64,000 nucleotides of DNA from positions 1-64,000 of IMG/VR virus record IMGVR_UViG_3300007760_001418, one strand, 5' to 3'. Positions 25,299 to 35,116 of this stretch are shown here, in pieces (within the stretch, counting starts at the first letter, position 1; the number at the start of each line of letters is the position of its first letter). This DNA is from a virus. The notes below the pieces were generated by a model that was not told the origin of the DNA, made no database searches, and saw only the letters and a list, made by a program, of their open reading frames with translations. The position numbers and the translations under genes are program-made.

Positions 25299-25361
25299 CA
25301 TAATTGGCAGTGCACTCGGCTGTTAACCGAGCGGTTGGTGGTTCGAGTCCACCCGCCCCAG
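25289..25361 (+). tRNA. tRNA-Asn (GTT), CCA not encoded
   Basis: acceptor TGGGGTG/CGCCCCA, anticodon arm CTCGG-CTGTTAA-CCGAG, T-arm GGTGG-TTCGAGT-CCACC. Confidence 0.95.
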
Positions 25362-25378
25362 GGGCTTATAAAGGAAAA

Positions 25379-25957
25379 ATGATGAATCAATTTGATGGAG
25401 AGTTTGAAATCATGGACACAGTTCCAGATCAAGAAATAAAATATAGTACAATTGTTATCGATCCACCGTGGATGGAACGAGGCGGGGGTAAGATCAAACG
25501 AGGTGCCGATAAGCATTATGAGTTGTTAGATACCCCGGGGATTGTGCGCACAGTCATTCAATCCCCTATTTGGGATAATGTGGATGAACATGCACATATG
25601 TACCTATGGGTCACTAACAGTTTTCTGCCCCATGGGCTCGAGGTAATGAAAGCTCTAGGTTTCCGTTATATCACTAACGTTGCGTGGGTCAAAAACCAGA
25701 TTGGATTGGGTCAATATTTCCGAGGCAAACATGAGTTATGCCTATTTGGTACCCGCGGCAGAGGGGTGTTGCCCCGTACAGATGACCGGTCTATCCCATC
25801 AATAATTGAAGCGAAGAAGACTGGACACAGTCGAAAGCCGGATGCATTTTATAGAATGGTAGAAAAGCGAAGCCACGGCCCCTACGTTGATATGTTTTCA
25901 CGTCAACGAAGAGATGGTTGGGCTGTTTGGGGAAATGATGTCGAGGATGAAGAGTAG
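25379..25957 (+). CDS. MT-A70 family adenine methyltransferase
   Basis: IVIDPPW, MYLWVTN, GLGQYFRGKHELCLFG, HSRKP, DMFSR..GWAVWGN. Confidence 0.9.
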   Translation: MMNQFDGEFEIMDTVPDQEIKYSTIVIDPPWMERGGGKIKRGADKHYELLDTPGIVRTVIQSPIWDNVDEHAHMYLWVTNSFLPHGLEVMKALGFRYITNVAWVKNQIGLGQYFRGKHELCLFGTRGRGVLPRTDDRSIPSIIEAKKTGHSRKPDAFYRMVEKRSHGPYVDMFSRQRRDGWAVWGNDVEDEE

Positions 25958-26390
25958 AATAGGATTTACATGTGGCGCTTTTGATCTGTTACATGCAGGA
26001 CATGCTCTTATGCTCGAAGAGGCCAAGTCTAGATGCAATTATCTAATTGTGGGGGTACAATCGGATCCAAGCATTGATCGGCCGGCGAAAAATAAACCTA
26101 TTCAAACTTATGAAGAGCGGATCATAATGGTCAAAGCAATAAAGTTTGTTGATGAAGTTGTATCATATGACACAGAAGATGATCTTATTAAGTTATTGCA
26201 AGACTTAAATCCCGATGTTCGAATTCTTGGTGCTGATTGGGAGGGTAAGAACTTTACCGGACATAATCTTCCAATTGAGTGTTACTTCAATTCGAGGAAC
26301 CATAACTGGTCAACATCTGATCTTCGAAAAAGAGTTTATGATGTCGAAAAATATTTTGGTACTGGATACGTTCCTAGCTCGATAACTTGA
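25947..26390 (+). CDS. cytidylyltransferase (TagD/RfaE-like)
   Basis: GAFDLLHAGH, LIVGVQSD, WSTSDLR. Confidence 0.88.
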   Translation: MKSRIGFTCGAFDLLHAGHALMLEEAKSRCNYLIVGVQSDPSIDRPAKNKPIQTYEERIIMVKAIKFVDEVVSYDTEDDLIKLLQDLNPDVRILGADWEGKNFTGHNLPIECYFNSRNHNWSTSDLRKRVYDVEKYFGTGYVPSSIT

Positions 26391-26433
26391 AAAACACCAT
26401 ACCCTGGTGTATAATATATCAAGGATGTGTGAT

Positions 26434-28068
26434 ATGCAATTTGACGTGAAGTCCATCTTTCCATACGGGGAGATTAGAGATGCCCAAAGTGAAGCTATTG
26501 ATTTTGCTTTGGATGCATTTATAAATCAACAAAAGAAATTTGTTATCATCGAGGCCGGTACCGGTGTAGGGAAAAGTGCAATTGGTGTAACTTTATCAAG
26601 GTACATGGATGCATTGCCCACGCAGACGCCGGCTGGTGAGGAAGAACCATATAAACCAGGTGGTTATTTCTTAACAACTCAAAAGATCCTCCAGGAGCAA
26701 TATGTCAAGGACTTTGCTAAACCAGCTGGAAAGATGTGCTCTATTAAATCATCGTCTAACTACACATGTTCCTTTAGTGGAAAGACTAATTGTGGTGAAG
26801 GACAAAGACTTCTAAAGGTTACTGAAAAGGGGACTCCTCAATGGAGGCACTGTGTTTTCAATTGTACATACAAAAATGCCAAAGATGATTTCCTAGCATC
26901 ACCCGAAAGTATTACTAATTTCTCATATTTCTTGGCTGAGACAACATATGCTGGAAAGCTTAAGCCAAGAAACATGCTGGTGGTCGACGAGGCCCATAAT
27001 GTAGAAACAGAACTCAGTAAGTTTATTGAGGTTGCAGTTACCGAACGGTTTGCAAAGTCAATGAAACTACAGATGCCTCATATTTCAACTCAACTACAGG
27101 CCATTGACTGGATTCGAAATGTATACGCACCTAAGATACGTGCGCACGTGAAACACGTCGAGAAAATGCTTGACAAATACACAGGCCTTAGAGAAAAACT
27201 CCAGGAATTTGCCAAGCTGGCAAAGCAGTATGATCTTTTAGATAAGCATGCATGCAAGATCCAGCGATTCTTAGACGTATATGACAGTGATAATTGGGTC
27301 TTTAACATGACCCCGGCCGATGGTAGATCTGGGCGGCGACTTGAATTCAAGCCTATTGACGTTGCACCATTTGCAGATGATATGGTTTTTAAGCAAGGAA
27401 AACATGTTGTCATGATGTCAGCCACCATTTTAGATAGAGACGCATTTTGTACTTTACTTGGGATCCCACGAGAACAAGTTGCATTTATCTCCATTCCGTC
27501 TCCCTTCCCAATAGAGCATCGACCAATTATGACTTTCCCTATTGGTAAGATGAGCGCAAAAGCAATTGATGATACTTTGCCCAAGCTAGCAGAAGCTGTT
27601 AAGACAATTATGGAACAACATAAAGATGAAAAGGGGATCATCCATTGTCACACATATAAGATTGCCAATTATCTTAAGAGGCATGTAAGAAGTAAGAGAT
27701 TGTTAATTCATAATAGCGAAAATAGAGAAGCTATGTTGAATAGGCATATTAAGTCGACAACTCCAACAATATTACTTTCTCCGTCCATGACAGAAGGTAT
27801 TGATCTTTATGATGAGCTTGGCAGGTTTCAGGTAATTTGTAAAGTTCCATATCCTTATCTTGGTGACAAGCTTGTGAAGAAGCGAATGCATAAATGGAGA
27901 TGGTGGTACCCATTACAGACAGCAAAATCAATTGTGCAAGCAGTAGGGCGGAGCGTGAGAAGCATGGATGATCATGCAGTAACATACATTTTGGATAGTG
28001 ATTGGGATTTCTTTTATAATAAGAATAAGATATTCTTTCCAAAAGGATTTTCAGATTGCTTAAAGTAG
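26434..28068 (+). CDS. DinG/XPD-family SF2 helicase
   Basis: EAGTGVGKS, four Cys for Fe-S, VVDEAHN, MSAT, EGIDL, KVPYP, QAVGRSVRS. Confidence 0.9.
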   Translation: MQFDVKSIFPYGEIRDAQSEAIDFALDAFINQQKKFVIIEAGTGVGKSAIGVTLSRYMDALPTQTPAGEEEPYKPGGYFLTTQKILQEQYVKDFAKPAGKMCSIKSSSNYTCSFSGKTNCGEGQRLLKVTEKGTPQWRHCVFNCTYKNAKDDFLASPESITNFSYFLAETTYAGKLKPRNMLVVDEAHNVETELSKFIEVAVTERFAKSMKLQMPHISTQLQAIDWIRNVYAPKIRAHVKHVEKMLDKYTGLREKLQEFAKLAKQYDLLDKHACKIQRFLDVYDSDNWVFNMTPADGRSGRRLEFKPIDVAPFADDMVFKQGKHVVMMSATILDRDAFCTLLGIPREQVAFISIPSPFPIEHRPIMTFPIGKMSAKAIDDTLPKLAEAVKTIMEQHKDEKGIIHCHTYKIANYLKRHVRSKRLLIHNSENREAMLNRHIKSTTPTILLSPSMTEGIDLYDELGRFQVICKVPYPYLGDKLVKKRMHKWRWWYPLQTAKSIVQAVGRSVRSMDDHAVTYILDSDWDFFYNKNKIFFPKGFSDCLK

Positions 28069-28074
28069 GTAACA

Positions 28075-28602
28075 ATGCCAGGTAAAGTTATAAGTGATGT
28101 CTGGAAGCTCATGGATGACCTACAAGGGACGCATGGCAGAGACATATATGTAACCTCCGGTGGTTTTGACCCAATGCATGTAGGACACCTCAGGTGTATA
28201 CAGGGAACCGTAGGGCTAGCCAATAATCCGGATGAATATCCCTCGAAGCATACGGGGATTGTTGTGGTCATTGTCAATGGAGATGGATTTTTAGAACGAA
28301 AAAAGGGTTATGCCTTCATGCCTCATGAGGAGCGCATGGAAATAATTGCTGGAATTGAGGGTGTTGATTACGTTGTGGGATGGGATGATGGAGGTCAGAC
28401 GGTTACTGGTGCCATCGACATCATTCGCCCCAACTATTTCACCAAGGGAGGAGACAGGGTCAACGCAGACACAGTTCCAGAATTTAGACTTTGTGCCGAT
28501 ATCGGTTGTAAGGTCATATTTAATGTTGGAGGCGGGAAAGTCCAGTCTAGCAGTGAGCTAGTCGATTTTGCTTCTCGACATACTACGGATTATGGTACTT
28601 AA
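28075..28602 (+). CDS. cytidylyltransferase-like (second copy)
   Basis: SGGFDPMHVGH, KGGDR, GGKVQSSS. Confidence 0.85.
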   Translation: MPGKVISDVWKLMDDLQGTHGRDIYVTSGGFDPMHVGHLRCIQGTVGLANNPDEYPSKHTGIVVVIVNGDGFLERKKGYAFMPHEERMEIIAGIEGVDYVVGWDDGGQTVTGAIDIIRPNYFTKGGDRVNADTVPEFRLCADIGCKVIFNVGGGKVQSSSELVDFASRHTTDYGT

Positions 28603-29158
28603 ATTACATGTATTTGATTTTGATGATACTCTAGTTTCTTCTAACGCAATGGTCAGAGTAATACACGATGACGGCACAATAGAAGAACTGCCCAGCCACG
28701 AGTTTGCAACGTACGTCCCTCTTCCAGGTGATGACTTTGATTTTAATGACTTTGAGATATACCCGCCGGATGGCAAAATTCTATCCAATATGTTCAATAA
28801 AATGCTAGCTGCAATTCAACAATATGGGCAAGAGCATGTGGTAGTCTTATCTGCTCGAGGCAATGATGCTGTGATGCGCGATTTCCTTCAAGATAATGGA
28901 CTAACGTATGATATTGAGATAGTCGGGGTAGGATCATCTGACCCCCAGGCTAAAGGGCGGTTTGTTAGAAACAAAGTAGCAAATGGTGGATACACTGAGG
29001 TTCATGTTTTTGATGATTCCAAAGCTAACGTGCAGGCCATTGGTGCAGCAGTGAAGAAAATGGATGGTGTCGAGTATTTTGGTACATTGGTCGAAACAAA
29101 GCAAGGATCAATGCTAAGAAAAACAATCCGTGGAATCATTAAGGAAATATTTTGTTGA
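28592..29158 (+). CDS. HAD-superfamily phosphatase
   Basis: VFDFDDTL, VLSAR, K, VFDD; C-term MLRKTIRGIIKE. Confidence 0.8.
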   Translation: MVLKLHVFDFDDTLVSSNAMVRVIHDDGTIEELPSHEFATYVPLPGDDFDFNDFEIYPPDGKILSNMFNKMLAAIQQYGQEHVVVLSARGNDAVMRDFLQDNGLTYDIEIVGVGSSDPQAKGRFVRNKVANGGYTEVHVFDDSKANVQAIGAAVKKMDGVEYFGTLVETKQGSMLRKTIRGIIKEIFC

Positions 29159-29191
29159 TCCTGGATATTTACTAATATCAAGGAGAATCTG

Positions 29192-29776
29192 ATGTCACCA
29201 GAGCTTCACATACTTAGAGAATATATCCAAGAAGTTTGTGGTGGTGACGATGCAGATAAGATCTTAGACACAGCCGAGACGGCCCACCGGGGACAAACAA
29301 GGCGATCCGGTGAACCATACATAGATCATCCTGTTGCAGTAGCAAATATCATAAAGCAATATTATCCTGGGGAAAGATTGCTATGTACAGCCGCCCTATT
29401 ACATGATGCGCTGGAAGATGCTATTGATAATGGCAACTATAAAGATGAAGAGGAATTAGTGGGCGCCATCCAGGGATCTTACACAAATTCCAGTGAGGGG
29501 CAAGAAGTGCTTAGCATTGTTTATGCCTTGACACATGGTGAAAGTACACCTTACCTAGAATATGTTTTAGCTTTAGCCAGTAATCCTGGAGCACTTAAGG
29601 TTAAGCTAGCAGATATGCTTCACAACCTCAGCTCAAACCCCTCACCCAAACAAATTACAAAATATGGTGGGGCAATCATGGCATTACAAGATGCATTTGG
29701 ATCCCCCCCTGAGGGAATTAGCCATGATCATTGGGCTGCATTAAAAGAACTAATCAATGAAGATCAAGTTACTTAG
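29192..29776 (+). CDS. stand-alone RelA/SpoT-type HD hydrolase (small alarmone hydrolase-like)
   Basis: AHRGQTRRSGEPYIDHP, AALLHDALED, VKLADMLHN. Confidence 0.88.
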   Translation: MSPELHILREYIQEVCGGDDADKILDTAETAHRGQTRRSGEPYIDHPVAVANIIKQYYPGERLLCTAALLHDALEDAIDNGNYKDEEELVGAIQGSYTNSSEGQEVLSIVYALTHGESTPYLEYVLALASNPGALKVKLADMLHNLSSNPSPKQITKYGGAIMALQDAFGSPPEGISHDHWAALKELINEDQVT

Positions 29777-30209
29777 GGAAATAATTCAAATGATTTTGAC
29801 CGATCAAGGAAACAAGGTGGTACCTGGCGCAGGGATAATCATTGTGCGTAAATTTGATAACGGGTGGAAAGTTCTTGGCTTAAAAAAAGATGGAGTATAT
29901 GATATCCCTAAAGGTGGGATCGATCCTGGGGAATCAACACTACATACAGCACTTCGAGAAACAAAAGAAGAAGCCGGAATTCAAAACCCTAAGTTTACCT
30001 GGGGACTCAAGACAAATGTCAACTCTGAACTAACGACGTATCTTGCAGAGACGAATGAGGATCCTTTTATTTCTCCCAATCCAGAAACAGGAATATTAGA
30101 ACATGATTCCGCACACTGGTTGGAGTGGAATGAGCTATACAATAATACATTAGACTTTGTCCAGCCGGCAGTTAGCTGGGCAAAAGGAATTGTAGAAAGA
30201 ACAAAATAG
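29757..30209 (+). CDS. Nudix hydrolase (Ap4A hydrolase-like)
   Basis: AGIII, PKGGIDPGESTLHTALRETKEEAG Nudix box, EHDSAHW. Confidence 0.88.
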   Translation: MKIKLLREIIQMILTDQGNKVVPGAGIIIVRKFDNGWKVLGLKKDGVYDIPKGGIDPGESTLHTALRETKEEAGIQNPKFTWGLKTNVNSELTTYLAETNEDPFISPNPETGILEHDSAHWLEWNELYNNTLDFVQPAVSWAKGIVERTK

Positions 30210-30297
30210 TTCACGTTCGACCAATTGCTGGGTACTTTTATATTTAGATAATGATACTGGATTTACAGTACTCTGCTTAATGAGAATAGTTATAAAC

Positions 30298-31482
30298 ATG
30301 TCTGTTTTCAAAGAACATAGAACGTCCGCCGACCGATCAGCTTCTGATCGGGGTCGACATAAGCATAAAATTGAGGAAGCGATTCGTGAGGGGATATATC
30401 ACGTCATTGCTGATGAGTCTATAATTGGGAAAGACGGAACAAAAAAGGTTAGGATACCTGTTCGGGGAATTAAAGAATACCAATTTGTATACGGTGATAA
30501 TGAGCAGAGTAAAAAAGTAGGAAGCGCAACTGGCAAAAATATTAAGCGTGGTCAGCAGGTTGGTCCATCCCCCCAGAAAAAAGATAAAGGTGAGGGTAAC
30601 CAGCCAGGAAACGAAAAGGGTGTTGAATACTATGAGGTAGAGATTACCCTAGAAGAACTAGCATATTATCTATTTGAAAGCCTGGAATTGCCAGAGCTTG
30701 AAAAAAAGCAAATGAAAAAAATCATGTCTGAAAAAATGAAGAGGCATGGTTATCGTGAGTTTGGAATCCGGCCGCGGCTGGACAAAAAGAAAACACTTAA
30801 AAAGAAGCTACGTAGAAAGGCAGCTGCCAAAAGAGCCGGAACGTTTGCAGACGGTGAAGATGATCGGTTCCCTTTTCATACTGATGATCTAAAATATAAG
30901 CATATAAAAAATACAATCCAGGAAACTAGCAATGCCGTTGTATTTTTTGTAATGGACATATCTGGTTCAATGACAACACAGAAGAAATTTCTTGCAAGAA
31001 GCTTCTACTTTCTACTGTACCAATTCTTAAATTACCGATATGAAAATGTTGATCTGGTATTTGTAGCCCATGACACACAGGCATATGAGGTTACAGAAGA
31101 ACAATTTTTCAAGCGTGGCGCTGGCGGGGGCACCTTGGCCTCTTCTTCAATTGAAATGGTTTTGGATATTATTAATGAAAGATACCCAACAGACGTTTGG
31201 AACATATATACATTTCACTGTTCTGATGGGGACAACTGGCCAGAAGATATGGACAACCTTATGTTCTGCTCAGGTAAACTAAAAGAGCTAACCCAGTTAT
31301 ATTGTTATTGTGAGATTGAACCAAATGAAGAGCGCATGCGGTGGCTGATGGATGAAGGTTCAAAAATATCAAATGCATACGTCGGATTGAATGATGATAA
31401 GTTTAAGATTGTTAAAATTCAGGAGCCAGGTGATATTTGGCCGGCTTTCCAAGATCTGTTTGGGGGGAAACTGGGGTTATAA
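30298..31482 (+). CDS. yeaH: YeaH/YhbH (DUF444) vWA-like protein
   Basis: DRGRH..KI, AVVFFVMDISGSM, GGT, YTFHCSDGDNW. Confidence 0.9.
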   Translation: MSVFKEHRTSADRSASDRGRHKHKIEEAIREGIYHVIADESIIGKDGTKKVRIPVRGIKEYQFVYGDNEQSKKVGSATGKNIKRGQQVGPSPQKKDKGEGNQPGNEKGVEYYEVEITLEELAYYLFESLELPELEKKQMKKIMSEKMKRHGYREFGIRPRLDKKKTLKKKLRRKAAAKRAGTFADGEDDRFPFHTDDLKYKHIKNTIQETSNAVVFFVMDISGSMTTQKKFLARSFYFLLYQFLNYRYENVDLVFVAHDTQAYEVTEEQFFKRGAGGGTLASSSIEMVLDIINERYPTDVWNIYTFHCSDGDNWPEDMDNLMFCSGKLKELTQLYCYCEIEPNEERMRWLMDEGSKISNAYVGLNDDKFKIVKIQEPGDIWPAFQDLFGGKLGL

Positions 31483-32786
31483 TGTCTGATTGGAACTTTG
31501 ATTTATTAGAAGAGTGGGACAAGAAAATACATGACCTTGCATTGAGCTTTGGCCTAGACTGGTATCCTATTATCTACGAGGTTTGCGACTACTATCAGAT
31601 GATAGGTCATATGTCATATCATGGGTTGCCCAGTCATTATTGCCATTGGTCATTTGGAAAGTCATTTGAAAGAACACACCAGCTTTATCAGGCAGGGATG
31701 GAAGGGTTACCTTATGAGCTAATCATTAACTCTGATCCGTCTATCGCATATCTGATGAAAGAAAATCCGGCATATATGCAAATTCTTATTATGTGCCACT
31801 GTGTTGGGCACTCTGATTTCTTTAAGAATAATAAGACATTTGAACATACTCGTCCAGAGACGACATGTACCAGGTTTCGAAATGCTAGAAAAAGAATTCA
31901 AGGATATATTGAAGATCCAAGTATAGGTGTCGACAAGGTTGAAAGAATCTTAGATGCATCACATGCAATAAAGTACCAGATCGACCGAAACTTGAAAAAA
32001 CGACCATCCCATAAAGATCTAAAAGAAGAATATACTCGCCGGGTTAAAGAGGATGATCGGTATGAAAATTTTGATATTGAAAAAATCCCTTTAGAGCCAG
32101 ACTATAATATACTTGGATTTATTATTGAGCACTCTAAAAGCCTCAAGGACTGGGAGAGGGACATTGTTGAAATCGTGCATAATGAATCTTTGTATTTTCT
32201 GCCACAGATTAAATCAAAGATTATGAATGAGGGATGGGCATCATTCTGGCACTATAGATTAATGCACGAGTTGGACCTTCCACAAGAATACCATATACCA
32301 TTCATTAAAAGTCATAACCAGGTCATCAGGCCTCATATAGGGTCTCTAAACCCATACCATGTGGGGTTCTATATGTTCCAGAAGATTGAAGAGAGGTTTG
32401 GGCTTGATCAATGTTTCCTTGCGAGGGAAATAGGTCATGACGAGTCGTTTCTACGGGAATACTTAACAGAAGAGGATTGCAGAGAGCTTAATTTGTTTTC
32501 ATATTCAAAGAAGAAAAGAGAAATTTCTACAATTGATGAAATATCCGATGGCGAGGGGTGGAAAAAAATCAAGAATGACCTTATCAAAAATGTAGGTGCT
32601 GGTACAATTCCCAAGATATATGTAGAATCTATAGAGGATGGAAACGTGTTAATACTGCAACATGAACATGATGGAAGAGATCTTGAACTAAATTATGCTG
32701 ATGAGGTTGTAAAACACGTTGGCACTTTGTGGGGAGACGTCGTAAAACTTCTTACTGTAGTAGAGGAAGAACCGTGGGAAATTTGA
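31482..32786 (+). CDS. spoVR: SpoVR/YcgB family protein
   Basis: HWSFGKSF, YELIINSDP, HCVGHSDFFKNN, KIMNEGWASFWH, NPYHVG. Confidence 0.92.
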   Translation: MSDWNFDLLEEWDKKIHDLALSFGLDWYPIIYEVCDYYQMIGHMSYHGLPSHYCHWSFGKSFERTHQLYQAGMEGLPYELIINSDPSIAYLMKENPAYMQILIMCHCVGHSDFFKNNKTFEHTRPETTCTRFRNARKRIQGYIEDPSIGVDKVERILDASHAIKYQIDRNLKKRPSHKDLKEEYTRRVKEDDRYENFDIEKIPLEPDYNILGFIIEHSKSLKDWERDIVEIVHNESLYFLPQIKSKIMNEGWASFWHYRLMHELDLPQEYHIPFIKSHNQVIRPHIGSLNPYHVGFYMFQKIEERFGLDQCFLAREIGHDESFLREYLTEEDCRELNLFSYSKKKREISTIDEISDGEGWKKIKNDLIKNVGAGTIPKIYVESIEDGNVLILQHEHDGRDLELNYADEVVKHVGTLWGDVVKLLTVVEEEPWEI

Positions 32787-32828
32787 TGACAACGATATTT
32801 ATTAGTACCCAATGTAGGGAGATTTGCA

Positions 32829-34757
32829 ATGACAAGTAAGAAAAAATTCTTAGACTTGATCCAAAAGCAGCGTACAAAGCCAAAACCAGAAAAGTTTCAA
32901 GGTACTTTTCTAGAATATCTTGATATTGTTAGTAAGGATCCAGATGTTACTAAGTTAGCACATAAGAGATTATATGATACAATTCTTGATAGTGGCACAG
33001 GCCAAATGTCAGATAGCGAAAGAAATCATAAGTTGTTTGATGGTGAGAAGATCACAGTATATGATTATTTTGATGATGAGTTCTTTGGTGTAGAAAGAAT
33101 AATTGCAAAGATCATGAGGTTTTTGAAATCTGCATCCCTTAGGGGCGAAGAGAGTCGACAGATCCTATTACTAATGGGCCCTGTTGGCGCAGGAAAATCC
33201 GCACTTACAGAACATATTAAAAAGGCCCTGGAGGGTAAAACATATTACTGTCTTGATGGTGACCCTCAGGGGGGTGAACCTCTCCACCTTATTCCTCGTT
33301 CATTAAGAAAAGAATTCGAAAAAATTCTAGGTACAAAAATTGAGGGTGACCTTAGTCCTGTGGCTAGACATAGATTGCTTGAAGAGTATGAGGGAACATA
33401 TGAAAATTTTCCTGTCATTGAGAAAACGTTTTCGCAGCGGGCCCGTCGAGGAGTAGCATCTGTTCCACCAATGGATGCCAATAGCCAGGACGTCTCAGTA
33501 CTAATCGGGTCTGAAGATATTTCTAAATTAGATCTTTATCCGGAAGATGACCCTAGGGTATTATCATTGAATGGTGCATTTAACGTTGGTAACCGCGGTA
33601 TCGTGGAACTAATTGAGGTTTTCAAAAATGAAATTGAATTCCTTCACACAGTTATTACAGCAACACAGGAAAAGCGGATTCCGTCCCCTGGTAAAAATGC
33701 AATGATTTACTTTGATGGTGTTATTATTGCCCACTGTAATGAGGCTGAGTGGAATAGGTTTCGAGCAGAACATACTAACGAGGCAATCCTTGATCGTGTC
33801 GTGAAGATCAATGTTCCTTACGTCCTTGAGCTCAATAAAGAAATGATGATCTATGAAAAGATACTATCTCGGTCAGACTTTGACGCACATATCGCGCCGC
33901 ATACGATAAAGATAGCATCAATGTTTTCAGTCATGTCCCGTCTTAAGGCATCACAAAAATGTGATCTTCTTACAAAGATGAAAATCTATAATGGTGAAGA
34001 TGTAATTGAAAAGGGCCGAGTTAAGAAAATTGATATCCAAGACCTTCGTGAGGAATCAAATAAAGAAGGTATGGAAGGAATATCCACCAGATTTATTATG
34101 AAGTCAATTGATAATGCATTATCTGATGCTGGTGAAAAGAATATGATAACGCCTGTCTCAGTTATGAAAACTCTAACGAAACAAACAAAAGAACAGATTA
34201 TTAAAGAAGATGAACGGGAACAGTATCTGGAAATTATGCAAGGTGTCCGGGAAGAATACCTTAAGATTCTTGAGACAGAAATTGCAAAAGCTTTTGTTAC
34301 TGCTTATGAAGAGCAAGCACAGGCATTATTTGATACATACCTCGACAATGCAGAAGCATTTACAACTAGACAAAAACTAAAAGATCGAATCACCTCTGAA
34401 GAACGTGAGCCTGATGAAGAGTTTATGAGATCTATTGAAGAACAAATTGGCATCATCGGTTCTAGTAGGGATGGATTCCGAAGTGACGTTACTGCTTATA
34501 TGTTTGCTAAGATGCGGCGGAAAGAAACTGTCGACTTTAGAAGTTATGAGCCGCTCAAGGAAGCTATTGAGAGTTACTTGATCTCTAGTGTCAAGGACAT
34601 GGCCAGAATCGTAACAAAATCACAGGTTCGAGATGATGATCAGCAGGAAAAATATTCTGATATGGTTCAGGTCATGATCGATGAGTATGGATATACAGCT
34701 ACCTCTGCAGAAGAAGTACTTCGGTATGCATCCAATAATCTATGGCGTGATGGATAA
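32829..34757 (+). CDS. prkA: PrkA/YeaG AAA+ serine kinase
   Basis: LMGPVGAGKS, GAFNVGNRGIVELIEVFK, HCNEAEW, EGMEGISTRF. Confidence 0.92.
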   Translation: MTSKKKFLDLIQKQRTKPKPEKFQGTFLEYLDIVSKDPDVTKLAHKRLYDTILDSGTGQMSDSERNHKLFDGEKITVYDYFDDEFFGVERIIAKIMRFLKSASLRGEESRQILLLMGPVGAGKSALTEHIKKALEGKTYYCLDGDPQGGEPLHLIPRSLRKEFEKILGTKIEGDLSPVARHRLLEEYEGTYENFPVIEKTFSQRARRGVASVPPMDANSQDVSVLIGSEDISKLDLYPEDDPRVLSLNGAFNVGNRGIVELIEVFKNEIEFLHTVITATQEKRIPSPGKNAMIYFDGVIIAHCNEAEWNRFRAEHTNEAILDRVVKINVPYVLELNKEMMIYEKILSRSDFDAHIAPHTIKIASMFSVMSRLKASQKCDLLTKMKIYNGEDVIEKGRVKKIDIQDLREESNKEGMEGISTRFIMKSIDNALSDAGEKNMITPVSVMKTLTKQTKEQIIKEDEREQYLEIMQGVREEYLKILETEIAKAFVTAYEEQAQALFDTYLDNAEAFTTRQKLKDRITSEEREPDEEFMRSIEEQIGIIGSSRDGFRSDVTAYMFAKMRRKETVDFRSYEPLKEAIESYLISSVKDMARIVTKSQVRDDDQQEKYSDMVQVMIDEYGYTATSAEEVLRYASNNLWRDG

Positions 34758-34807
34758 TTCATAAACTATACTTTTCTTTGTACAGCGTTATTATAGTTGT
34801 ATAAAGG

Positions 34808-35113
34808 ATGAGGTATATTATGAAAACCCCAGGAACAAGTGATTGGTTAATCATTGGCTCAATTGTCATGTGGTGTGTAGGTGTGGTGTGGTATATACCC
34901 ACCGTCTATGCATGCTGTGGACTAATTGGTAAGACAATGGAAAAAGCATTAGAGATGCAGCGACATAAGGATACTGTCGAAGCAATGGAAAAGTTTGCAG
35001 AAAAATTTACTAGTCGGCCGAGTGGAGGTGCAGATATGAGTGATGCACTAAAGAGCGTGCAGAATCTAGTTAATTTGTTCGACACCGGCAAAGATCCTAG
35101 AACACCAAACTAA
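34808..35113 (+). CDS. membrane protein
   Basis: N-terminal TM segments; start 34808 or 34820. Confidence 0.6.
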   Translation: MRYIMKTPGTSDWLIIGSIVMWCVGVVWYIPTVYACCGLIGKTMEKALEMQRHKDTVEAMEKFAEKFTSRPSGGADMSDALKSVQNLVNLFDTGKDPRTPN

Positions 35114-35116
35114 TCT

